Of a DNA stretch of 64,000 nucleotides, positions 27,151-36,981 are shown piece by piece. The stretch's first letter is position 1; every line of letters starts with the position of its first letter. The position numbers and the translations under genes are program-made. This DNA is from an uncultured delta proteobacterium. Its GTDB lineage: Bacteria > Desulfobacterota > Binatia > Binatales > Binataceae. Where the stretch lies: NCBI GenBank assembly GCA_963808235.1, contig CAWEEQ010000004.1, positions 2,688,001 to 2,752,000 on the forward strand, read 5' to 3'. The notes beneath the pieces are model-generated. The model ran no database searches. It was not told where the DNA came from and was given only the letters and a program-made list of their open reading frames with translations.

Positions 27151-29568
27151 CTAGTTGGCCCTGTGATCGAGGCATAGCTTTTTCTGTAGCTGGTCCCACT
27201 GAGCAAACATCTCACGCGACCCGAGCGTCGGATGCTCGATACGCGTCTGCCTGAGCTTGTCGCACGCACCCGTGTTGTTGCCCTGCTCGCTGTAGACTAC
27301 GGCGATGTTGTACTTTGCTTCGTAGTACAGGGGGTCGGATTCGGCCGCCGTGCCCTCGACGGCGGTCCATAGGTTCACCGCGTCCTTCCAGTCCTTCTTC
27401 TCCTGCGCGATGCGCGCGAGACCTGCGTTAGCATCAGGCGACCCGGGGTCGGCCTTCACGACCTGCTGGAAGACCTTGTCCGCCTCGTCGTTCTGTCCGG
27501 TCGCTTGCAGCGCTTGCGCGTAGATCGACAGCGTACCGGTCAGATTTTTGACCGGGATCTTGCCTGCCCCGGCCATGTCCGCGAAATACTTGTACGCCGT
27601 GATCGTCAGCTTAGCGTTGGCGTTGTAGGCCTTCTCGTCGCCGTTTCCCTTGGCCTCTTTGGCGGCGTTCCAGAAGTCGATTCCGAGTCCCTTGATAAAA
27701 TCACTCTTGGCGGTATTGCCCTTGCTGCGTTCGACCAGTGCGGCCACGTCACGGTTAACTTCATCGTACTTGCCAGTGTGATCGAGCGCCGTGATTCGCC
27801 ACTCGGCGACATCCTGGAACTTAGCGCTCATGCTCGGGTATTGCGATTCGTATCCATTCAAGAGCGGCCCTACCTGCGCGTATTCGACGTGGTCCTGGTC
27901 TTCTTCGAGGATTGAAGCGAGCATGTACGTCGCTTCGCCGCGAATCTCGCGAACCTCCTTCTTGGCAACCGGAGTATTGGCAGCGCGCTCCGCCTCAGGC
28001 CCCATCTTGATTGCCTCGTTCAGACTGTCCAATGCGGCCTTTCTGACCGCGGCGGTATCGAGCTTGGGACCTTTGTTGTCCTTGTTTTCCTTAGTAGCCG
28101 CGGCGTTGCCCTGAAGCTGCTTGTAGTAGCACTCCGCAGCCTTGAACCTTGCGATAAAGGTGAACTCGGGGGCGCCCTTGACCTTGGAATACATCTGGGC
28201 GGCTCCGACAAGATCCCCCTGCCGCTGCAGGCGGTCGGCAAGCGCCACCTGCAACTCGGCGGCATGATCACCGTTCGGATTTTTCTGCAGATACTCCTCC
28301 GCGACTTTCGCCCACTGACTTTCCAGCGCCGTATCCTTCTGACCGCCCTTCTGCCATCGGTCGTGCTGGAGGCTGTACTTCAAAAACACCGCCTGGCTCG
28401 CATCGCCGCCCCCACTCGCTGCGATCTTGCCCAGCATCGCCTCGACCAGGTCGTAGCGCTTCTCACGCTGATAGATATCGGCGGCGAACCTGCAGGCCTT
28501 GGGATATTTCCCGCTGTCGCACGCCGCGGCATAGTACTTGGCCGCGCCGGCTTCATCCTTGCGCGAGAGCAACACGGCGGCAAGCAGCCACTTCTCGAAC
28601 GGATCGTTCGAGTTGCCGAACTCCTCGACCGCGTTGCTGGGGAACTTGGATGCCGCCGAGACGTCGATCGCCCATCCTTCCTTGTCGTTCTCCTTGGTCT
28701 TCATCGCGTCGATGATCTGCTGGTGGTACTGAGCCTTCTTGGCGGGATCGCTGGTGGCTCGTTCGGCGCTGAACAGGGTCTGCAATTGAAGCATGAACTG
28801 GCCGGACCCGCCTTTCCCGCCGCCCTCCCCTGGAGTAATCAGCTTTGCGGCCTCATCAGCTTTGCCCATTTTCGCGTAGGTAGTGGAGAGTCCCTGGCGC
28901 GCCGCGGCGTACTGCTGCGTGCTAGTTCCGTCTTCCATTATTTTCTTGAAGTCGGCGATCGCGTGGTCGTATTCGGAGTGATCGAACTTGCCAAGCTCGC
29001 GTTCGCAGAAGGCGCGGCCGAGCGTATTCTCGCGGATCAGGTTGGGATCGGGCATCGCGAGCATGCTGGCGGTGAAGCCGTCGATCGATTGGTTCAGCAG
29101 CTTCTTCGATTGCTCGGCGTTGTCGTCGAACAGAGTGGTCGCAGCCGTGAACCGCAGCCAGGCAAGCGGATATGCGGCCTTCAATGCCAATTGTTCGGGT
29201 TGGTCGTAGTCGCATTGCCCGCCGTTGTCGATCTGCGCGATGCAATCGTCCTTCTTCTTGGCATAGGTCGTTTCCATCCGATCGAGCATCGATTCGAGCT
29301 GATGGAAGACCGGTATCAGCGAGCCCTTGTCCACCTTGCCGCTCGAAGTGAGCTTGGCAAAGCTTCCCTCCGCAGCGTCGAGGCGGCTGATCACCTGGTC
29401 TGCGGTCGACGCGTTCGACTCGGCCGAGGACATCTGGCCGGAGAGGCTCGAAAGCTCGCTCTCGAGCTGTCCGGCGCTCTGCGCAGCAGCGACCCCACCC
29501 ATCAGCGCGAGGGCGAAAAATGCGGTCAGCATCACCATAAGGCGATGGGAAAAATGCGAACGATTCAT
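27151..29568 (-). CDS. Large exported TPR/helical repeat protein
   Basis: Signal peptide (..AAAQ), repeated TPR-like helices; start trimmed from 29664. Confidence 0.75.
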   Translation of the reverse strand: MNRSHFSHRLMVMLTAFFALALMGGVAAAQSAGQLESELSSLSGQMSSAESNASTADQVISRLDAAEGSFAKLTSSGKVDKGSLIPVFHQLESMLDRMETTYAKKKDDCIAQIDNGGQCDYDQPEQLALKAAYPLAWLRFTAATTLFDDNAEQSKKLLNQSIDGFTASMLAMPDPNLIRENTLGRAFCERELGKFDHSEYDHAIADFKKIMEDGTSTQQYAAARQGLSTTYAKMGKADEAAKLITPGEGGGKGGSGQFMLQLQTLFSAERATSDPAKKAQYHQQIIDAMKTKENDKEGWAIDVSAASKFPSNAVEEFGNSNDPFEKWLLAAVLLSRKDEAGAAKYYAAACDSGKYPKACRFAADIYQREKRYDLVEAMLGKIAASGGGDASQAVFLKYSLQHDRWQKGGQKDTALESQWAKVAEEYLQKNPNGDHAAELQVALADRLQRQGDLVGAAQMYSKVKGAPEFTFIARFKAAECYYKQLQGNAAATKENKDNKGPKLDTAAVRKAALDSLNEAIKMGPEAERAANTPVAKKEVREIRGEATYMLASILEEDQDHVEYAQVGPLLNGYESQYPSMSAKFQDVAEWRITALDHTGKYDEVNRDVAALVERSKGNTAKSDFIKGLGIDFWNAAKEAKGNGDEKAYNANAKLTITAYKYFADMAGAGKIPVKNLTGTLSIYAQALQATGQNDEADKVFQQVVKADPGSPDANAGLARIAQEKKDWKDAVNLWTAVEGTAAESDPLYYEAKYNIAVVYSEQGNNTGACDKLRQTRIEHPTLGSREMFAQWDQLQKKLCLDHRAN

Positions 29569-29635
29569 TTGTCTAATCCCCAAGTACGTGTTTCGAAAAT
29601 GGGTCGCCATAGATAAGGACAACCCATCGATGACG

Positions 29636-30361
29636 TCAAGCCAATTCAAATACTCGCGCAACATCTATTACCGTGGCAAGCGAGGAAATTCGGGCTGTCC
29701 GGGCTGCTATGACAGGGGTCGGCAGCGGTCGCTCGCGATCAATCAATACGGACGCCATTCCAACTGCGCCGGCAGCCGCGAAATCGAGGTGCTCCGAGTC
29801 GCCGATATGCATCGCGTCGCGGGGGCTTGCGCCCACGCTTGAAAGCGCGAACTCGAACAACTCGCGCCGCGGCTTGGCGTAGCCGGCCTCGGACGAAATG
29901 GTAATCGTGTCGAAATGGCGGGTCAGGTCGAGTCCTTCAAGGATGCGATATAACCGGTGATCGAAGTTGGAAATCACGCCCAGTTTGATTCCACTATTCT
30001 TTAGACGTAGCAAGGTCTGCGCCGCTTCATCGTCGGCCACCCAATGAGCCGGGTCTCCGAAGTATGCGAACAGCGTGTCAAAATATCCGTCGAAGTCCGC
30101 AAATTCGCCGAGTGCCGCGAAGGTCTCGGCAACCCGCATCCGCCACCATTCGCGCTCGAGCCGGCGAAGGTCGCCCGGCGGATGCCCCGGCCCGAAAGCG
30201 AGCCCGGGCGCATCGCCGAAGGCACGGCGAAAACCCGCCGAGACCGCCTCCTCTGACGCATCCACCCCGAATTCACGAGCAAGCCGGGCGTAGGTCCGCC
30301 CGATAGGCTCGCGGGGTTCGAACAGGGTCCCCGCAGCGTCGAAGAAAGCAGCCCGAATCAT
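29636..30361 (-). CDS. HAD-IA hydrolase (REG-2/HDHD3-like)
   Basis: FFDAAGTL, GVISNFD, SSEAGYAKP, HIGDS..D. Confidence 0.88.
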   Translation of the reverse strand: MIRAAFFDAAGTLFEPREPIGRTYARLAREFGVDASEEAVSAGFRRAFGDAPGLAFGPGHPPGDLRRLEREWWRMRVAETFAALGEFADFDGYFDTLFAYFGDPAHWVADDEAAQTLLRLKNSGIKLGVISNFDHRLYRILEGLDLTRHFDTITISSEAGYAKPRRELFEFALSSVGASPRDAMHIGDSEHLDFAAAGAVGMASVLIDRERPLPTPVIAARTARISSLATVIDVARVFELA

Positions 30362-30367
30362 TCCCGG

Positions 30368-31243
30368 CTAATTCAAACCGTCCCAGACCTGGATCAACAC
30401 TCCGAAGGCCGAGGTCGGCGAGATGAAGAATTGGCGCTCGCCGCGCCAGTTGCGCTTTTCGTCGACGACCCTGATGCCGTCGCGCTTGAGTAGGTCGCGG
30501 GTCGCGTCGAAGTCTTTCAAGTCGATCGAAATATGATGCATCCCCTCGCCATATTTTGCGATGAACTTGCCGACGAAGTCGTTTCCCGACGTGTTCGGTG
30601 GGCTCTGGATAAACTCGAGCTTGAAGCCGGCGACCTCGATATGCCCGAGCGCAAAGCTACCCTCGGAATTGCTCACGTGCGGCTCGTGCGTAATCTTCGT
30701 ACCGGGGAAGTAGCGGGTGAAGAATTCGTATGCCGTAGTTATGTCTTTCACCGCCAATGACACGTGATCGAAATACGCCTTGCCGTCGGGCGCGGGCTTC
30801 GGATGCGTCTGTTCCCAGTTCGGGGTGTGCCAGAACTGGATCAGCGCGCCGAACGCAGAGCGCGGCGAGATGAATGCGGTCGCAGAGCCGGAGTCGTACT
30901 TTTGCTCGTCGACGATTCGCACCCCGCCCGCTTTCATGTTGGCCGTCAGCGCTTCGAGATTGTCCACCTCGATCGACAGATGATGCATCCCTTCGCCGCG
31001 CCGGTTGATGAACTTGGTGACGAACCCGGGCTTGCCCGGCGGGTCTTCGATCAGCTCGACGACGAATCCGCCCAGATGGAAATCCTGCCAGTAGAACGAT
31101 CCGGCGACTTGCTCGTCGATCGTTTTCGGACTGCGGATCGTGATTGGAAAGTACTTCGCGAAGAACTCGTACGCGCGGTCGATTGATTTCACCGCGATCG
31201 ATACGTGATCGAATCTCATCCGAACTTTTTCAGCCGTAGCCAT
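30368..31243 (-). CDS. Two-domain VOC family protein (Mce-like)
   Basis: Duplicated FDHVS.AVK ... GEGMHH.SI ... FISP.SAFG.LIQ.W. Confidence 0.82.
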   Translation of the reverse strand: MATAEKVRMRFDHVSIAVKSIDRAYEFFAKYFPITIRSPKTIDEQVAGSFYWQDFHLGGFVVELIEDPPGKPGFVTKFINRRGEGMHHLSIEVDNLEALTANMKAGGVRIVDEQKYDSGSATAFISPRSAFGALIQFWHTPNWEQTHPKPAPDGKAYFDHVSLAVKDITTAYEFFTRYFPGTKITHEPHVSNSEGSFALGHIEVAGFKLEFIQSPPNTSGNDFVGKFIAKYGEGMHHISIDLKDFDATRDLLKRDGIRVVDEKRNWRGERQFFISPTSAFGVLIQVWDGLN

Positions 31244-31405
31244 GCCTAAACCTTCTCTCCCTTCTGGTGTATGCGAGATTTCCTCGAGCCTGGGCGGAAG
31301 CGCCACAGTAGCCGGAAGGAATTGCGCAGCACCAGCGGCCATCCGTTGGCGATCTTTCCGGCGTACATGCGAAGCGATTGATCGGCGCGCGACAATGCCG
31401 GCACG

Positions 31406-32061
31406 TCAAAGAAATTCGAGCCTCGCGTCAAGCCGCGCGCCCTCGGTGCGCACCACTATATAGCCGCCGCCCTTGAACGGGCCGGCGTTGAGAATTTTCG
31501 TCGGGCCGATCTCGTCGATGCCCGCCGACTCGTGGATATGACCCGAGATGCAGACCTCGGGCTTCACTTCTTCTATAAAACGCCGCGCCGCGGTGCTGCC
31601 GACGGGCTTACCGCTCATGATTCGATCGCACTTGGTGTCGTAGGGCGGCGTGTGACAGATCATCAGCAGCGGGCGCACATCGCGGACCGCTTGGTAGCCG
31701 GCGCGAAGGGTCGCATAGATTTCCTCTTCGCTCAGTTCCATCGGGGTGCCGAACGGCGTGATATTCGAGCCGCCGCATCCGAAGATTCCGATCCCGCCAA
31801 TCGTAAGACCCTTCCCATGCAGCGCGACCCCTCCTCTTCGAGAAACGGGATCACTTCAAGCCGATCGAGATTGCCCGGCACCGCGAGCACCGACGAGCAT
31901 GCGCGGCGCACGTCGGTCAGCACTTTGCGCGCATCGTCGACTCCGCCGAAGTTGGTGAGATCGCCCGACACGATCACGAGGTCGCAATCGCGCATCGCCT
32001 CGCCCATCCGGTCAAGATTGCGAGTCGCCATATGCACGTCGCCGAAGGAAATTATCTTCAT
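31406..32061 (-). CDS. Metallophosphoesterase (Icc-like), split by a 1-nt frameshift near 31830
   Basis: GDVH, SGDLT, PGNLD in one frame; HTPP, GHIHE, LNAG in another; adding one G to the G4 run gives EEGVALHGKG...GGSNITPFGTP. Confidence 0.8.
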
Positions 32062-32136
32062 CGCAAGTATCGCGTCCGAACCCTTAAGTTATCGACTTAA
32101 TTGTAGCTTTTAAAGAATGCGGCTAAATGAGATCAC

Positions 32137-32904
32137 ATGGCTTCGCGGGACAGATTCTCCTTCGTGCTCTTCAAGCCGCAATCGGCGGGCAATATCGGCG
32201 CCGCGGCGCGCGCGCTCAAGAACATGGGCTTCGACGATCTTCGCCTGGTCGCGCCGGGCACCCTGAATCAGCGCGAGGCAGTAGCGATGGCCGTCCATGC
32301 GGACGACGTCCTGGCCAGCGCGACGACCTATCCCGATCTCGCCGCGGCGCTTGCCGATTGCTCTATCGCTGTCGGCACGACCAGCCGTCGCGGCGGATAT
32401 CGAAGCACCGCGCATCCGCTTCGACAGGCGGCGCTTGAACTCGCGGGGCTCAGCCATTCGAACAAGATCGCGATAATCTTTGGGCGCGAGGATCGCGGGC
32501 TCACCAATCGCGAGCTCAAACTATGTAATCGACTGATTACGATTCCCACCGCGCCCGAATATCCATCGCTCAACCTCGCGCAGGCGGTGGTAGTCGTCGC
32601 GTACGAGCTCATGATGGCGTCGAGTACCTCGGCGAACCGCGCGAGCGCGCCGGAGTTTGTGTCCGCTTCGAGCAGCGATGCGATGCTCGCGCGGATGGCC
32701 GAGGCTCTCATCGCGATTGGCTTCCTCCCTGATGAGAATCCCGACCACATCATGTTTGCGCTGCGCGAGATCTTCGGCCGCAGCGGATTAACGCCGCGCG
32801 AAGTCGAGATACTGAACGGGATGGCGCGGCAGATGCGATGGGCGGCCGAGGGAGGCTCTGAAACGATCGCGGCCAAGCGCCGCGCGGGCAAAAAGCTGCG
32901 TTAA
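32137..32904 (+). CDS. trmJ: tRNA (C32/U32) 2'-O-methyltransferase, TrmJ/LasT family
   Basis: GNIGAAARALKNMG, FGREDRGLTN.EL..C, SLNLAQAV. Confidence 0.85.
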   Translation: MASRDRFSFVLFKPQSAGNIGAAARALKNMGFDDLRLVAPGTLNQREAVAMAVHADDVLASATTYPDLAAALADCSIAVGTTSRRGGYRSTAHPLRQAALELAGLSHSNKIAIIFGREDRGLTNRELKLCNRLITIPTAPEYPSLNLAQAVVVVAYELMMASSTSANRASAPEFVSASSSDAMLARMAEALIAIGFLPDENPDHIMFALREIFGRSGLTPREVEILNGMARQMRWAAEGGSETIAAKRRAGKKLR

Positions 32905-32954
32905 GTCGCAGTCGATATTCGTTTTTCTTTCGGGGGACTGACCGATTTGATCGA

Positions 32955-32970
32955 TGTTTCACGTGAAACA
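32955..32970. promoter_or_regulatory. parS: parS centromere-like site
   Basis: Perfect palindrome TGTTTCACGTGAAACA, intergenic. Confidence 0.9.
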
Positions 32971-33097
32971 TTTGCGCACAAAACCCCAACATATGACTGG
33001 CTTTCTGGAAAATCAGCCGTCATTTGAACCGTGTTGACGCGGTTCCCACCGGCAGCATCGATAGGCGATAATTGCAGCCGGATCTAGATGGCAAGCA

Positions 33098-33385
33098 ATG
33101 GCCGAGATAATAAAATTTGCGGAAATTCAGGAAGCGCGGCGAATTGCCCGCGCGCGCAGGCCCGAGCGCGAGAGTCTCGAGCGTGCGGTCCAGGTGATGC
33201 GCGAGAACCTCGCCGCTGTCGCCGCCGAGATCGTCGATGCTCCGCGTGCCGAGCAGGCGGAGCTGATTACGCGGGTCGAGCGGCTGGCCGCGATGATTCG
33301 CTACGGAATGCGGATGCTCGGCGAGAATGCCGACACCGGACTCGATGGGTCCGCGTGGCGCTATGGACGAAGGACTAACTCTTAG
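33098..33385 (+). CDS. Hypothetical helical protein
   Basis: MAEIIKF start, amphipathic helices; overlaps the start of the next gene. Confidence 0.6.
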   Translation: MAEIIKFAEIQEARRIARARRPERESLERAVQVMRENLAAVAAEIVDAPRAEQAELITRVERLAAMIRYGMRMLGENADTGLDGSAWRYGRRTNS

Positions 33386-34010
33386 AATTACCAGCGTCGA
33401 GCCGGGCGACGAGATCGCGGGCGCGCGCAAAGTCACGATCGTCACGACGCGCGGTAGGATTCCCGTGGTGCTGCATGCGTCGCCTGAGAAGGGGCGCGCC
33501 GCACTATGCGTCGGCGGCGCGATGGGCGGTTTCGACGGTCCTGCGATGCTCTATCCGAGGCTCGGTCTGAATATGCCGCGGAATAATATCACCGTCGCGC
33601 GGCTCGACTACCGCAGCCCCGGCGAATTCGGCGAATGCCTGGTGGACGCGATGGCGGCGCTCACGTTCCTTGGCGGAATCGGTCATGAACGCGTCGCGCT
33701 GATAGGACATTCGTTCGGCGGCGCGGTCGCAATCAACGCAGGCACAATCAGTCCGATCGTCACGACCGTAGTCGCGCTGTCGAGCCAACTCGCGGGCGCG
33801 CACGTCGCCGGCGAACTCGCACCGAAGCCACTCCTCCTGATTCATGGAGATGCGGACACGATTCTTTCGCACGAAAGTTCGCAAGCTCTCTACGATCGCG
33901 CCGGCGAGCCAAAGACGCTCAAGATCCTGCCCGGAGTCGGACACCGCCTGACGGAAGCCGCCGACGAAGTGTTCGATCTGGTCAGTGATTGGATGCTGCA
34001 AAAGACCTAA
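33363..34010 (+). CDS. Alpha/beta hydrolase
   Basis: GHSFGG nucleophile elbow, IHGDAD, GVGH. Confidence 0.85.
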   Translation: MDEGLTLRITSVEPGDEIAGARKVTIVTTRGRIPVVLHASPEKGRAALCVGGAMGGFDGPAMLYPRLGLNMPRNNITVARLDYRSPGEFGECLVDAMAALTFLGGIGHERVALIGHSFGGAVAINAGTISPIVTTVVALSSQLAGAHVAGELAPKPLLLIHGDADTILSHESSQALYDRAGEPKTLKILPGVGHRLTEAADEVFDLVSDWMLQKT

Positions 34011-34079
34011 CCCCTGGCTCATCTAGTGAGCCCGTGGGTATTCACACATCTGGCAGGCGCACTATAGAATCTAACAACT

Positions 34080-35084
34080 ATGGCTGGTGGACATCGTATT
34101 GCGGTGGTTGGTGCTACCGGGGCGGTCGGGCAGACCGTGCTCAAGATTCTTGAGCAGCGCAAATTTCCGGTGCGCGATTTGAAGGCGTATGCGTCGCAGC
34201 GTTCGGTCGGCAAGACGGTGACGTTTGCCGGTGAATCGATTCCGGTGCTGCGCGCCGGTGCGGACGGATTCAAGGATATCGATATCGCGTTTTTCTCGGC
34301 CGGCTCGGAGCAGTCGCGCGAGTTCGCGCCGATGGCTGTGAAGGCCGGCGCGATTGTGATCGACAAGTCGAGCGCGTTTCGGATGGATCCTAACGTTCCG
34401 CTGGTGGTGCCCGAGATCAACGGCGCCGCCGCGCGGGCGCATAAGGGAATAATCGCGTGCCCGAATTGCACGACGATCGTCACCGTGATGCCGCTGAAGC
34501 CGATCCACGATCTCGGGCGTCTGAAGCGCGTGGTCGCGACCAGTTTCCAGGCCGTGTCCGGCGCGGGCGTCAACGGGGTTGCGGAGCTTCGCGAGCAGAC
34601 GATGGCGTGGTCGCGGGGCGAGGAAATCAAGTCAAAGTTTTTTCAGCATCAGATTGCGTTCAACCTGATTCCGCATATCGACAAGTTCGCCGAGGGCGGA
34701 TACACCGGCGAGGAAATAAAGCTAGTCAACGAGATCAGGAAGATCCTCGAGCTGCCCGACCTGCCGGTTTCGCCGACCACGGTGCGGGTGCCGGTTTTCA
34801 CCGCGCATTCGATTTCGGTAAACGCGGAGACTGAGAGCAAAGTCGCGGCGGCGGACGCGCGCGCGGCCTTCGATCGATTTCCGGGAATCCGTCTGTTCGA
34901 CGATCCCGCGCAGAATCGCTACCCGATGCCGATCATCGTGGAAGGACAGGACGATTGCTTCGTGGGGCGGATTCGCGAGGACTTGAGCTGCGCGAATGCA
35001 CTCAACTTCTGGGTGGTCGGCGATCAGCTACGCAAGGGCGCCGCGCTCAACGGCATCCAAATTGCCGAGCTGCTGATCGGATAA
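34080..35084 (+). CDS. asd: Aspartate-semialdehyde dehydrogenase
   Basis: VGATGAVG, SSAFRM..VPLVVPEIN, PNCTT, QAVSGAG, RVPV..HS, DQLRKGAALN. Confidence 0.95.
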   Translation: MAGGHRIAVVGATGAVGQTVLKILEQRKFPVRDLKAYASQRSVGKTVTFAGESIPVLRAGADGFKDIDIAFFSAGSEQSREFAPMAVKAGAIVIDKSSAFRMDPNVPLVVPEINGAAARAHKGIIACPNCTTIVTVMPLKPIHDLGRLKRVVATSFQAVSGAGVNGVAELREQTMAWSRGEEIKSKFFQHQIAFNLIPHIDKFAEGGYTGEEIKLVNEIRKILELPDLPVSPTTVRVPVFTAHSISVNAETESKVAAADARAAFDRFPGIRLFDDPAQNRYPMPIIVEGQDDCFVGRIREDLSCANALNFWVVGDQLRKGAALNGIQIAELLIG

Positions 35085-35119
35085 CGCGCAACCACCGCGA
35101 AGTCGGCGATCGCCCGCCA

Positions 35120-36493
35120 TCACGGCATCGGGATGGCCGCGCTGGTCGGATTCCAGTGTGTGGTGCCGGTCGGACTTCCCCCTAACACGGGCGCTGAAAG
35201 ATCGACGCGAACCAGGAACAGCGGCGGCTGCGGGTCGTGGTCGTTTGCCCAGGCATGAAAAAACGGGTCCGTATCCGCGAGCATGTAGGCCAGATTATTT
35301 TTCACGTCGATTGACAGCGAGTTGGGATCGCCGACGATACCGAGTTGGGTCGGCGTGCTGTCCACGTCGCCCATCGGGATCACGGTGGCGCAAATCGTAA
35401 AGACCGAGGCCGCGTCCGCAGTGGTATCGCTTCCGGGCTGGCCATTGTTGTCGAGCGCCCCGGGCACCGCCTTCGCCGGCAGATGAATCAGTTTCAGATT
35501 CTGACCGAATTCGTCGCTGATAACACCCTGATGAGTGACCCCGTTGACGACCGTCTGACCGCCCGGGCCCTCTCCGGTTGGTTCGAGAAATCCCAGTCCA
35601 GCGAATCTGATGTCCAACGCAGTGGCTGGACTCACACTTGTATCGAGCGTTGCGAAGTTGAAAGCGGTGGCCATGTCGGCTCCGACCTCATCGGATAGCA
35701 ACAGGATGTTGGTCGTGGGATCGAATCCGACTCCGTCAGTTGTAGCCCCGACGCTTTCGAAGGTTACCGGAACCAGCGGGAGCTTCGTGATATTCACGAT
35801 CTGATTTTCTCCGTCGCGCGAGACGAAGAGAATGCCGGTCGTTGTGTTGAGCGAGATCGAATCGGTGCCGATAGTGGTGATCACCGATGCGGCGTTGAAG
35901 ACCGGCGGTTCCACCGAGGTGTCCATCAGACCGACCGTAGAGGTTCCGGTCACGACCAGCAGGTTACGCACCGGGTCGGCGATGATTCCGCCGAATCCTC
36001 CGCTGTTGGTGATCCCGGGACAGGGGATTGTGTTGATCACGGTCTGAGTCGTTGTGTTTATTTCAAAGATGCTGACCGTGTCGTCGGCCAGGCGTCCTTC
36101 CGCATACACACGACCGTTCTTTTGATTGAACGCCCCGCCGGTCGGCTGAACAACGCCCGACAGTTCCAGCAGCTTGAGGACCGGATTCGCCGCACCAATC
36201 GTGAGGTCAACGACCGCCAATTGCGAGCTATTCGGAACCTGTGGTGCGGGCAGGATCGAAGCGTCAGGATTAGTCCGCACTCCTCCGCCGGTCAGCGTGT
36301 AGATCGGCACATAGCCGACGTTGTTCACTGTGTCGATCGCGATGAGCCCCTGGCCGGTCGCGCTGGAAGGTGGCGGTGGGGGCTTGTGGTGCTCGCCAGC
36401 GCAAGAAGCACAAGGATCACACGACGTAGTTAGAAATAGTCCCGACAACGCAAGCATCAGGCAAATGGCCACGCCCGCCCATCGAATGTTCAT
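35120..36493 (-). CDS. Exported beta-rich (YncE/propeller-like) protein, possible lipoprotein
   Basis: Signal peptide ending LTTSC, then DPCASC and a Pro run; repeated D-P/x-x-N blade-like motifs. Confidence 0.65.
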   Translation of the reverse strand: MNIRWAGVAICLMLALSGLFLTTSCDPCASCAGEHHKPPPPPSSATGQGLIAIDTVNNVGYVPIYTLTGGGVRTNPDASILPAPQVPNSSQLAVVDLTIGAANPVLKLLELSGVVQPTGGAFNQKNGRVYAEGRLADDTVSIFEINTTTQTVINTIPCPGITNSGGFGGIIADPVRNLLVVTGTSTVGLMDTSVEPPVFNAASVITTIGTDSISLNTTTGILFVSRDGENQIVNITKLPLVPVTFESVGATTDGVGFDPTTNILLLSDEVGADMATAFNFATLDTSVSPATALDIRFAGLGFLEPTGEGPGGQTVVNGVTHQGVISDEFGQNLKLIHLPAKAVPGALDNNGQPGSDTTADAASVFTICATVIPMGDVDSTPTQLGIVGDPNSLSIDVKNNLAYMLADTDPFFHAWANDHDPQPPLFLVRVDLSAPVLGGSPTGTTHWNPTSAAIPMP

Positions 36494-36751
36494 TGGATGT
36501 CCTCCCCGCAATCGAGACAAATACTGCTCAGCGGAATGCAATTCCTTGCTACCGCATCTAAGCCCCCGCTCAGTGCGCCGAAGATACGCAAAATGGAGCT
36601 ATAGAGGCAAGTGGAGGGGCAAGGTTTCGCGCCTGGAAGCTATCGGTTCTTTCACAGGACCTTCGGTCTGGTCGCTGGGCTGACCTATCGGTCTGGCGAT
36701 TGACAGCAGCCGCGCGCGCATATTACCGTAGCCGCGACTGCATTGATTGCA

Positions 36752-36873
36752 GCCTTATCGAGAGCGGCGGAGGGACTGGCCCGCTGATGCCGCAGCAACC
36801 GGCCCGTGATGGGTGCTGGTGCTAACTCCTGCAGGGGTCTCGGATCGTCCGAGAATCTCCTGGAAGATAAGGC
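36752..36873 (+). ncRNA. SAM-I (S-box) riboswitch
   Basis: GCCTTATCGAGAG-CGGCGGAGGGACTGGCCCGCTGATGCCG-CAGCAACC...GGTGCTAACTCCTGCAG...CTGGAAGATAAGGC; P1 pairing GCCTTATC/GATAAGGC. Confidence 0.92.
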
Positions 36874-36981
36874 GAGTGTATTTAGCCCTCGTCCTATCGT
36901 CTGCGCAGGATTTTTCACCGGCATCGTTGAAACGCGGTTGGCGTTGCGGCTCTCGACGGCGGCGGGAGAAGCGCTAACGTA

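Noticed and set aside
31406-32061. Programmed frameshift or phase variation in the metallophosphoesterase
   Set aside because: A G4 run is too short, and similar single indels recur across the window, favouring sequencing error
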